A program made the translations under genes and the position numbers. A DNA stretch of 64,000 bases from a virus, in the IMG/VR virus record IMGVR_UViG_3300031754_000002, positions 32,001-96,000 of that record. One strand, given 5' to 3'. Positions 9,650 to 17,741 of this stretch are shown one piece after another (position 1 is the first letter of the stretch; the number at the start of each line of letters is the position of its first letter). The notes under the pieces are model-generated. The model was given only the letters and a program-made list of their open reading frames with translations, made no database searches and was not told where the DNA came from.

Positions 9650-10645
9650 CTATGTCCACCCAACCGACATCGGAAGTACGATTGTCGTGGTACCTAGAAC
9701 GCCAGCTTCCGCTAGTTCTTTTGGACCCCCCGCTTCTTTGAACGCCGCTTCACTGAACGTTTTCGCGCCATTGAGCGCCAGTTTCGTTAGGCCCGACGCC
9801 CCGTTATAGAGAGCACTCGGCACAGCGCCATATGTTGCTTTCTGGAGCGCGGTCGAGTTGCAGAATTTGATCGTCGCATTATCCGCCCCGATACCAACGA
9901 GGATTAGTTCACCGGGTTCCCATTCTTTGGCATCTTTGCGTTCCAGAGTAGCGACCAGCTCGGGGAATTCTTTTTCTTTTGGTTCATACAATTCGGTGCC
10001 ACTTGACACCGCGAGACATGTGTAAACGGCGGCTTTGGCGACCCCGCAGTCATACGCCCAGGTCCGCACATGGCCGCTCACTGATTCAAAGACCATGTAG
10101 ACCCGCAGTTTTTTCGCTTTCACCGGCACGACAAACAGCTCGTAATACACCTGCCACTGGGTGGGAGCGAACGCGCCTATGACCTTTGCGTTACCCGTGA
10201 TCTCTGGATAACAATGGCGGGTCATCGCCTCGATGCTCGACGGGCCGACTTCTCCCGTGGTCCCTTTCGGCCCTTCCGGGCCAGTAGCGCCCGTTTCGCC
10301 CTTCCCGACAACCGCGAGGAATTTGCCTGCTTCCTTGGCGATGATCGTAACGATATATTCCTTTTCGCTGCCCGTCGCAAACGTCGGTTCCGTGCCGATC
10401 CAGGACAACCCTTCAAACGTCAGCGCATAGCCAGCAGCCCCCGTGTTGACGACCACCTGTGCGATATATGGATAGCCTGGCGCATTTTCCGGGGCTGTGA
10501 ACGTCAGCGCGCCAGTAGCTTTCGCCGTAAAGAAGTTGCCTTCGGCCAGGTTCAACGCGTGCGAACCCGAGACATTCCCCAATGCCTTGAGACTCCGTTT
10601 TTCCACCGACACCGGCAGTTCGATCGGATTGCGGACAGCCACCCT
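9650..10645 (-). CDS. Fibre/appendage protein with a short collagen-like segment
   Basis: GKGETGATGPEGPKGTTGEVGP Gly-X-Y run; N-terminus AVRNPIELP resembles AVRNPAELP of 10883-12451; start uncertain. Confidence 0.55.
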   Translation of the reverse strand, partial: RVAVRNPIELPVSVEKRSLKALGNVSGSHALNLAEGNFFTAKATGALTFTAPENAPGYPYIAQVVVNTGAAGYALTFEGLSWIGTEPTFATGSEKEYIVTIIAKEAGKFLAVVGKGETGATGPEGPKGTTGEVGPSSIEAMTRHCYPEITGNAKVIGAFAPTQWQVYYELFVVPVKAKKLRVYMVFESVSGHVRTWAYDCGVAKAAVYTCLAVSSGTELYEPKEKEFPELVATLERKDAKEWEPGELILVGIGADNATIKFCNSTALQKATYGAVPSALYNGASGLTKLALNGAKTFSEAAFKEAGGPKELAEAGVLGTTTIVLPMSVGWT

Positions 10646-10886
10646 AGCCTCCCGCACGCGCTTCGGCGCACGCCTCATCAACGAGCTGCGCCACCCGGCC
10701 AAAGTTCGCTCGGTAAATCGCCACGTCCCCCATAGGCTCCTCGCTGACTATCTCACCCTCCGGGTTACGGCGCACGCCGATGAGCTGGCCCACGATCTTG
10801 AACGGCTCAAGCGGCATCTCCGCGACCGGGCTCTTAGCCTTGCGGGGCGACCGGGCGTTCGGCCTGCCCGTATGCGGCTGGCTCAT
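10644..10886 (-). CDS. Hypothetical protein
   Basis: Overlapping coupled ORF. Confidence 0.5.
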   Translation of the reverse strand: MSQPHTGRPNARSPRKAKSPVAEMPLEPFKIVGQLIGVRRNPEGEIVSEEPMGDVAIYRANFGRVAQLVDEACAEARAGG

Positions 10887-12451
10887 TCTGTTATTCCGAT
10901 CCCTCTACTGTCGTTTATCAACGAATTGATGAGCTTTTTCAGCTCGTTGACCGCTTTGTTCGTCTTGTTCAGTTCAGTGTCGAGTTCTGTCACGAGGGCG
11001 ACTGTGATCGTCGTCGAAAGTTCCGGTTCGGCATGGGTGCGGGCGGCCGTGGCGTACGTCTGTGTGTATTTCGCCGCACGTTCGACAGGTGCCACGCCAA
11101 ACAGGCCGATGGCTTTTTCGCTAATCCTGAAAATGCTCGTCTTAGTCTGCGCTCCGATGTGGAAGGTCTGGCCGGGCGTGAAGTTGAAGCCCGTGTCGCC
11201 TTTGACGGTGCCTGTGAGGAAGCCGCCCGTGGAGTTCGAGACGAACCACTTGGCGTTACCGGTCACGTTGTGGATCTGCGCACTGAAGGCGCTGCTTTCC
11301 GCTGACCCGACCAGGAGGATCGGGTCGAGGTTGCGGACGCCGCCGAACAGTTCGAGCAGCGGCGTGACGGAGACCGGTGTTGCAGCCCCGATCACGACCT
11401 GTTGTTCCGTAGCTGGCGCTAGCCCCACGGCCTTTTCTGAGAGCCGCACGAGGGAGGTCTTAGTTTGCGCGCCGAAGTGGAACGTCTTCCCGGGCGTGAA
11501 GTTGATGCCCGTATCGCCCTGGACGGTCCCAACCAGGTATTGGTTGGCCGCGTTGCACACAAACAGCTTGAACTGGCCGCTCGCGTTACGCCAACGCGAA
11601 GAGTGCGAGGTCGAGGTGCCCGAGCCAACATCAAGGATCGGATCGATCGTCGAGGTCCCCGAGTAGACGACGAATAGCGGGCCCGCTTCTGGCGCTTCGA
11701 GCGCGCCGATCACGACCTGTCCCGCCCCCTGCGCGACGGCGAGCGACGCCGTCGAGTGCGTCCCGTTGACCTGTATCGAGGTCAGCGCTTCGGAGTCGTC
11801 ACGAAAGCTCTGGCCGGTCACCGCTTCCTTATTGACGCCGATCCCGACCGCCCAGTGCGCAGCGGCGGTAGTATGGCCGATCTGTAGCCCGCAGCCAGAA
11901 TCAGCTGTCCCGACCGGGTGCAGCCAGATACCACGGGTGCTAGACGCACCTTCTTTGTTGTAGATGCCGGCTGTTTCCGTCTCGTTGTCGCAGACCGTCT
12001 CGTTACCCACCGCGACACCTTCCGCAGATTCACGACGGCCGCTTGCGAAGATGCCCTGCCCCGACCGCGTGGATACCGCCGAGGATCGGCCGATGAAATA
12101 GCCACCAATCCCGTCAGCGTGTGACGCCGCCCCAACATACGTGCCATCCGTGGACGCGCCTCCAAACACGCCGATCGCCTGTGCTTGCGAGCCAGCTACC
12201 GCATGAGTGACCCCCGCGAGGGCCGCCAAACCATCGGCACCGTCCCCCGTAAACGCAGATTCTAGGATTTTGGTGGTACGCGACGCCTTTGCCGCCGTCC
12301 CGAAAGCTTCATCAGGAGCCGCCGCTTTACCCAAGCTGATCGACAGATTGCGCTTAGGCGAAGCCTGGAAGATATGCACTTCTTCGCCCGTTTCAAGCTG
12401 ACCACTAGTTATCACCGATGATGGCAGTTCAGCCGGGTTGCGCACCGCCAC
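10883..12451 (-). CDS. Fibre/spike-like protein with an internal duplication and C-terminal coiled coil
   Basis: Two copies of QVVIGA...DPIL.VGS...GDTGxNFTPGxTFHxGAQTKTS..RxSEKAxGL. Confidence 0.55.
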   Translation of the reverse strand: MAVRNPAELPSSVITSGQLETGEEVHIFQASPKRNLSISLGKAAAPDEAFGTAAKASRTTKILESAFTGDGADGLAALAGVTHAVAGSQAQAIGVFGGASTDGTYVGAASHADGIGGYFIGRSSAVSTRSGQGIFASGRRESAEGVAVGNETVCDNETETAGIYNKEGASSTRGIWLHPVGTADSGCGLQIGHTTAAAHWAVGIGVNKEAVTGQSFRDDSEALTSIQVNGTHSTASLAVAQGAGQVVIGALEAPEAGPLFVVYSGTSTIDPILDVGSGTSTSHSSRWRNASGQFKLFVCNAANQYLVGTVQGDTGINFTPGKTFHFGAQTKTSLVRLSEKAVGLAPATEQQVVIGAATPVSVTPLLELFGGVRNLDPILLVGSAESSAFSAQIHNVTGNAKWFVSNSTGGFLTGTVKGDTGFNFTPGQTFHIGAQTKTSIFRISEKAIGLFGVAPVERAAKYTQTYATAARTHAEPELSTTITVALVTELDTELNKTNKAVNELKKLINSLINDSRGIGITE

Positions 12452-12452
12452 C

Positions 12453-12752
12453 CTAAACCTCCCTGACCGTCAACACGCTATTCGCCGCCGTAGCAATCGC
12501 GTTTACTGAGCCCGTCCACACCATCGGCCCCACCATCCCATTCCACGAGCCACCACCCGACGCCAAGAAAATCCCCTGTTTCAACACAGCCGCCCCACCA
12601 AGTTCCAGGTAGATCGACGCTGTAGACGCGTTCACGAGTTCCAGACCCTCACGAGCCAGGTTTTCAGCCACGACCGCCGTCGATGCTCCTTCCACTTCGA
12701 CTTTCGGCCCCGCACTCGTCAGAATGTTGGCTTTGTTACCCGTGTCAGGCAT
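12453..12752 (-). CDS. Small virion-associated protein
   Basis: MPDTGNKAN... directly after MCP 2. Confidence 0.55.
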   Translation of the reverse strand: MPDTGNKANILTSAGPKVEVEGASTAVVAENLAREGLELVNASTASIYLELGGAAVLKQGIFLASGGGSWNGMVGPMVWTGSVNAIATAANSVLTVREV

Positions 12753-12754
12753 GA

Positions 12755-14059
12755 CTAGTATTCCGCACTCACTTCTAGTCCACTGCCTTCCATATAGGCA
12801 AGGCCCGTCGGATAACGATGCAACGCTGCCGCATAGCCATGAAGCTGGAACCGTGCCTGCAACGTCCCGGACAGAACCTCCTTGAACACGCTCGTATGCT
12901 TCGGCGACTCGAACAACACACTGTCGGTCGGACGTGCGCACACAATCACGTCGCGGTTTTTCCCTGCCCCAAGAGTCGCAGGAATCGCATCTGACAAAAA
13001 TGTCGGCCAGCCAAGGATCGGGGGAGCGACAGCAGGCCGCGAGTCATCGAACGTGTACGCCACGGGAGGGAGCGCTTGATGCCCAGGAACCGCGAGAGGG
13101 AGGTTCTGCAAATCCTCAGCACCCCCGAGATAGCACCAGCGAGCGGTCCGCATCAACCACACCTCCGGCGGACAGTTCCGTGCATCCCCCAGCTTTGCCG
13201 CGACCTGCGACAGCGCAGCGAACATTTCATAGCCCTGTTTACCCGTGTACTGCACTACCGACACGCCACCCGCACCGGTAGTGAGATTCAGCACACCCGC
13301 GATTCGCTGGTTCGCTTTCCCCGTGCCAGTAAACAGCGACTCCTCAAGCCTGCGGTCATAGGACTCCAACAGGTCCTTCAACACCACTACATCCAAGGCG
13401 GCAGTAGCCGGTGATTGTTCAAGCTGCTGCATCGAACAATCCGCCTGCCCCGCGAACGTCTCACACCACGATTCAACCGCCGCATCCGTGAAGTCCCGTT
13501 CCGGCGCAGGCGTGACATCAGATACTCCCGGCGCGTGAGTGCCTTCCACGATACGCGGCAGGTTCACTTCAACCACGCCCGTCGGCAAATCGAAAGTAGG
13601 GATCATGCTCGCGTAAACCCGCTTGGCCCTCGCGGCAGTGGCAAAATACTCATTGGCCCACCACGGCACCCCAAAAAACTCGCCACCAGTGACACGGCTA
13701 GGGTTCACACGAAACTCCGCGCCCTCAAGCCTCCGCTGCTGCAACCTTTCACTCTCAACAGCAATCTCTTTGGCGTGACGCTCCAACCGTGCTCTCGCCC
13801 GCTGATCATTGCTGATCTGCGCACGCGCCACGTCCGCGAAGTAGCTTGCCTGCTCCTCGCGTGGAAGATGACCCTGAAAGCGTTCATACACCATCGGCTC
13901 ACGACGTATCTCAACGCGCGGTGAAAGCCGCTGTAGCTCAGCATGGTACGCACGAGCGCTAACAACCGCTTCCGCCTCGATACGTGCCCGGACTTCGGCC
14001 GGGATCGCAGCGCCACGGTCCTCCTCGACAGTCTCGTCAAGCTCTAGCGTGTCGCTCAT
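12755..14059 (-). CDS. Major capsid protein 2 (HK97-fold paralog)
   Basis: Follows prohead protease; shares NLP, AGQ.D...Q.LEQSP and EVLSGTL..RFQ motifs with MCP 1. Confidence 0.8.
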   Translation of the reverse strand: MSDTLELDETVEEDRGAAIPAEVRARIEAEAVVSARAYHAELQRLSPRVEIRREPMVYERFQGHLPREEQASYFADVARAQISNDQRARARLERHAKEIAVESERLQQRRLEGAEFRVNPSRVTGGEFFGVPWWANEYFATAARAKRVYASMIPTFDLPTGVVEVNLPRIVEGTHAPGVSDVTPAPERDFTDAAVESWCETFAGQADCSMQQLEQSPATAALDVVVLKDLLESYDRRLEESLFTGTGKANQRIAGVLNLTTGAGGVSVVQYTGKQGYEMFAALSQVAAKLGDARNCPPEVWLMRTARWCYLGGAEDLQNLPLAVPGHQALPPVAYTFDDSRPAVAPPILGWPTFLSDAIPATLGAGKNRDVIVCARPTDSVLFESPKHTSVFKEVLSGTLQARFQLHGYAAALHRYPTGLAYMEGSGLEVSAEY

Positions 14060-15837
14060 CGCGCCAACCTCAACATGTCCAGTTCCTGCTCAGCACGACG
14101 CGTCAGATCAACCACAACAGCCGAGCGACCGTTCGTCTCCTCACTGTCATCAGCACCCTGAGCCTCATCAGCCTTACCGAGCGCGGTAGCAGCCGCTTCC
14201 AAAGCCTTCGTGACCTTCTCGTCGGACGGACTGTCCATATCACCGGTCTGTTCGGCTAGCGCCTTAGCAACAGCCTCTTTCGCCTCGTCGATCGAGTCAG
14301 ACACACCCTCGTCAGCATCGTCTCTGGCCTCAGCCTCATACTCGGCGCGTAGCTCACGCACGCGCTCCGTGTACTCCTCGCCCTTCGCCGCTGCCTTCGC
14401 TTCCAGGCCCTCCCAGAACGATGCAGGCTCAGACTCCGACGGCAGTAGACCCGAAAGCTCGTCTCCGGCCTCCGCGAGCTTATCCACCAAGCCCTGAATC
14501 AACTGTTCCTTCGCAGACGACAACGCTTTACCCGCACGGAACTCATACTCGCCATCCGTTGAGCGAATACTTGTCGTGCTACCCGTTGACGGTGATGCGC
14601 CGAATGTGACGGCACTCACATCTCCGCCGTGCAAGGTCACACCCTTCACTTTGCGGTCAGTTAGCTCATCATTCCAGTCATCATCGGTGCAGCGAAACGC
14701 GAAACTCATCTGATCCACGAGCCCGCGCTCCATCTTCAGCTTTAGCCTCTGTGCATCCACGTCCCGCGGGTCAAAGGTCGCGTTCACGAGCAGCCCCTTG
14801 GATGTTTCCTCCAGCCTCAACGTGCCCGGAATGTCCGAGTCCTTACGTTCCGTTCGTGCAAGCGGCAAGCCTTCGTGTTCCACTCGAAACACGCAATCCG
14901 GTTCCTCTTTCAATGTGCGGCGAAAACTGCCACGGGAAATAGTCTCCGTGAAGCCACCAACCGAATATGGCACATCAAAAAGTGACGCATATCCTTCAAA
15001 ATGGAACATGCCATCATCGTCTTCGCTGCCGTCCCGGAACTCACATTCACGCACCGAGAACTGCCGGTGCTCCAAGCCCTTCGCGTTACGCAGATTTTCG
15101 ACCCGCCGCTTACGCAGCTCAAACTGTGCGGCGCTACGCGAATCCTTCTCGATTTCGCCCGTGCCATCACAATCCGGGCACTCCTTACCCTTCACCTTGC
15201 CACTACCATCACACGTCGGGCACGTTTCCATGTCCTCAGTGTCGTTTTCCACCGCACGCCGACCATTCGCCTCCGGCGCATATGTGGTGACACGCCGCAC
15301 CTTCTTAGGCGTCCCCAACGTCACATTATCATCGGCGTCCACCATGTACGTCACCTGCCACAACACGTCTTCGCGTTCATACACCGCCCACTCGTCAGTC
15401 ATGTCCGAGATGTAGACGTAGGAATATTCGCCCTTTTTAGGCTTCGGGAGCGATTCGACTATCGCCTGCTGCACCATCTGGCGACGGTCATTGTAGGTTT
15501 CGCGCTCCTCAAGCGTTGACCACACCGACTTTTCTTCTTTCAGCGATCCATCACTAGACCAATTGTCGGGTATGAGCGAACTGAGTTTCAGCGCCTTGGC
15601 ACGCTTAATGATGTGCGCACGGATTGAGTCATGGCTCGCATCTCCACGTCCGACCGCTTTGATCGCTTTTTTTAGGTCGTCTTCGTCCCCGATCGGGTAC
15701 GAGCCATCGGCCATTGCTTCGCCTTTTTTTGCCATTTCGTCACGGTCGGCCTTCTTGTACTTCGCGCGCCACTCCCGCTCAAGTGACCGTTCGACCGTCA
15801 CGATGTCAGTCTCGACCGGCTCAGTCTCAACACCCAT
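14056..15837 (-). CDS. HK97-family prohead protease with extra N-terminal domains
   Basis: FEGYASLFD, ETISRGSF, HEGLPLART, QMSFAF, DVSAVTFGA; N-terminal AMADGSYPI domain and CxxCxGxG Zn finger; acidic scaffold-like C-terminus. Confidence 0.85.
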   Translation of the reverse strand: MGVETEPVETDIVTVERSLEREWRAKYKKADRDEMAKKGEAMADGSYPIGDEDDLKKAIKAVGRGDASHDSIRAHIIKRAKALKLSSLIPDNWSSDGSLKEEKSVWSTLEERETYNDRRQMVQQAIVESLPKPKKGEYSYVYISDMTDEWAVYEREDVLWQVTYMVDADDNVTLGTPKKVRRVTTYAPEANGRRAVENDTEDMETCPTCDGSGKVKGKECPDCDGTGEIEKDSRSAAQFELRKRRVENLRNAKGLEHRQFSVRECEFRDGSEDDDGMFHFEGYASLFDVPYSVGGFTETISRGSFRRTLKEEPDCVFRVEHEGLPLARTERKDSDIPGTLRLEETSKGLLVNATFDPRDVDAQRLKLKMERGLVDQMSFAFRCTDDDWNDELTDRKVKGVTLHGGDVSAVTFGASPSTGSTTSIRSTDGEYEFRAGKALSSAKEQLIQGLVDKLAEAGDELSGLLPSESEPASFWEGLEAKAAAKGEEYTERVRELRAEYEAEARDDADEGVSDSIDEAKEAVAKALAEQTGDMDSPSDEKVTKALEAAATALGKADEAQGADDSEETNGRSAVVVDLTRRAEQELDMLRLAR

Positions 15838-15896
15838 GCGGACCTCCTTCGGAAACGAAAAGCCCGCAATTTGCGGGAAGTGAGCACAACGCACCT

Positions 15897-15912
15897 GTTA
15901 GCGTGTGCTAAC
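15897..15912. promoter_or_regulatory. Palindromic putative operator at divergent promoter
   Basis: GTTAGC-gtgt-GCTAAC between protease start and RHH gene. Confidence 0.35.
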
Positions 15913-15924
15913 GTCTGCGCGAAT

Positions 15925-16086
15925 GTGAAACAAACTGGGCTTCGACTAGAAGATGATCTACTTGCGCGGGTAGAAGCTGCTCGTGGTGACGTGCCACGTG
16001 AAGTGTTCCTTCGTCGCGCAATCGAACTTATGCTCAACACTAAACGAGAGGACTCCGATGGCAGCACGACCCGCACTGGTTCCTGA
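15925..16086 (+). CDS. Small ribbon-helix-helix-like regulator
   Basis: KQTGLRLEDDLLARVEAARGDVPREVFLRRAIE has a CopG/Arc-like pattern. Confidence 0.6.
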   Translation: MKQTGLRLEDDLLARVEAARGDVPREVFLRRAIELMLNTKREDSDGSTTRTGS

Positions 16087-16588
16087 ATCCGGCCCGTATG
16101 AGATTCTGCAAGGACTCATAGCCGAGGTGCTAGCCAACGGTGACTTTGTACCTGCGGAGGAAGCCCTGCGTATCGACAGGCTCATGCGCGAGAAGCATCC
16201 AAGACAACATGCTGCGTTTTTGGAGGCCCAGTCCTATCGCCTTTACTACGAGATACTGCAAGGTGCCTACCAAAGCCAGCGGCAGCGTTCGCGTCACCAC
16301 GCTCCCGCTAGTGAATTCGGCCGACGTGCTACCGGCAAGCACGATGATGTCTCAGTGTTTATAACGTGGCGCTGCAAGGTAGACGATGCCAACACTCAGC
16401 GAACGATCGGCGACATGACCGGAGCCGATCATCTCTATGTCGCCGACAGCTATCGCGGCGATAAGCAACGCGCAGCGATGCTAGAGGCATTTCACCGTGC
16501 AGTCGCAAAGAAGGCTGGTAGGCGCAAAACAAGCGAGGTCTTTTCAGAGGACCAGTTCCTCGCACTCTACGAAAGCATCGCTAAATAG
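16058..16588 (+). CDS. Hypothetical protein, candidate accessory factor of the RAMP cassette
   Basis: GAGAGGA RBS; 176 aa; directly precedes array 1. Confidence 0.7.
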   Translation: MAARPALVPESGPYEILQGLIAEVLANGDFVPAEEALRIDRLMREKHPRQHAAFLEAQSYRLYYEILQGAYQSQRQRSRHHAPASEFGRRATGKHDDVSVFITWRCKVDDANTQRTIGDMTGADHLYVADSYRGDKQRAAMLEAFHRAVAKKAGRRKTSEVFSEDQFLALYESIAK

Positions 16589-16603
16589 CACGACGGCCCT
16601 TGT

Positions 16604-16733
16604 TGACTGGCCCAGCCGTTGCACCTCCCCGCTGCCTTTCCGACTCCGCTGCCCACACTGCTCCTGCCCCGCCCCACGCTCCCGACTCGTCATCACAGCT
16701 CCCAGCCGAACAGGCCTGCCCAATCCTCCCGAC
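16604..16733 (+). repeat. Array 1: three CGAC-anchored units with 5-nt periodicity (putative guide-like ncRNA)
   Basis: (T/C)GAC at 16604, 16641, 16683, 16730 (spacing 37, 42, 47); pentamers end in C (19/21; the rest end in T). Confidence 0.75.
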
Positions 16734-16771
16734 CTCCTGAACTATTACTAACCAAAACACGAAAGGCCAAC

Positions 16772-17485
16772 ATGACCAGCATATTCGAGCCATACCGGCG
16801 CAAGAATTATCCGTATGTATTCGTCGCCTCGATCCACCTGCACACGATCGCGGGCGGCGTGCCCCTAAACGAGACAATTCTTGAGGGACACCTCAAGCGC
16901 AAGACCGCCGCACCCGATGACCTAATTCGCTCCGAGGTCGCCTCAATCATGGTCGAGGAGGGACTAAGTGCCGATGAGGCCATTGAGCGTGCCGCGAAAC
17001 GCAAGGGCCTTGTGGGCTTTGCGAAGGACAGCAACGGCCTTTATGTGCGCGGCTTTCAAGTCAAGGCGATGCTTGTAGAATCGGCGTGCATCGCTGCCGC
17101 CGAGGGACGCATCCCGAAGAAATGGGGCCAAATGTCCGAGCAAGGAAAGGCACTCAAGAGTTGGTTTCCCGAGCATGTGTTTGTTCTCGATGACCGGATT
17201 CACCTCGGCGTGGACGAGCCCACCGAAATTCCACAGTCGTTTATACACAAGGTAGGCCCGAAGGGGCCGATGAGCGCTATCCAGTACACGGAGCTCGTCC
17301 GCGATGCCGACGTATCCTTCGCGGTCGAGACAGACCACGACTTTCCCGAGGATGTTTGGGCCGCGATTTGGCTCACAGCCGAGCGTAACGGCCTTGGCGC
17401 ATCACGCAAGCTCGGCTATGGCACTTTTGAGAGCCGCAAATGGCAGAAAATGTCATCCCGTACCCGTAAACTTAAGGCCGCATAA
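16772..17485 (+). CDS. Stand-alone Cas7/Csm3-like RAMP superfamily protein (237 aa)
   Basis: N-terminal beta strand + GGVP; LYVRGFQVKAMLVESA (cf. IPGSSLKGxLR); C-terminal G-rich loop GLGASRKLGYGTF; GAAAGG RBS. Confidence 0.75.
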   Translation: MTSIFEPYRRKNYPYVFVASIHLHTIAGGVPLNETILEGHLKRKTAAPDDLIRSEVASIMVEEGLSADEAIERAAKRKGLVGFAKDSNGLYVRGFQVKAMLVESACIAAAEGRIPKKWGQMSEQGKALKSWFPEHVFVLDDRIHLGVDEPTEIPQSFIHKVGPKGPMSAIQYTELVRDADVSFAVETDHDFPEDVWAAIWLTAERNGLGASRKLGYGTFESRKWQKMSSRTRKLKAA

Positions 17486-17487
17486 TC

Positions 17488-17723
17488 TCTCGACACCGCC
17501 CGCTCGAAACACCGCACGAACCTGTCAGCCCATCCGACCAGTCAAACCAATCCGTCGCGCCTCGATACTATGCGCCGCACCCGACATTCCTCCTCGTCGA
17601 TACCCCTCGGCCCCGCCTATCTCCCCATCCCTTCCGACAGCCCCCCGTCGCCCTCGCCCTCACAGTACGCCCCCTCTCTCTCGACACCCCTGCCGCGACA
17701 CTCCGCACCCCTCCGCTTCCGAC
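17488..17723 (+). repeat. Array 2: five CGAC-anchored units with 5-nt periodicity (putative guide-like ncRNA)
   Basis: CGAC at 17491, 17535, 17582, 17635, 17682, 17720; e.g. cagtc aaacc aatcc gtcgc gcctc gatac tatgc gccgc. Confidence 0.75.
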
Positions 17724-17741
17724 TAACCGAAAGGACCACCG

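Noticed and set aside
16589-17741. Canonical CRISPR array or type III/IV CRISPR-Cas locus
   Set aside because: The only conserved repeat is ~7 nt; there are no 23-47-nt direct repeats and no other cas genes in the window.
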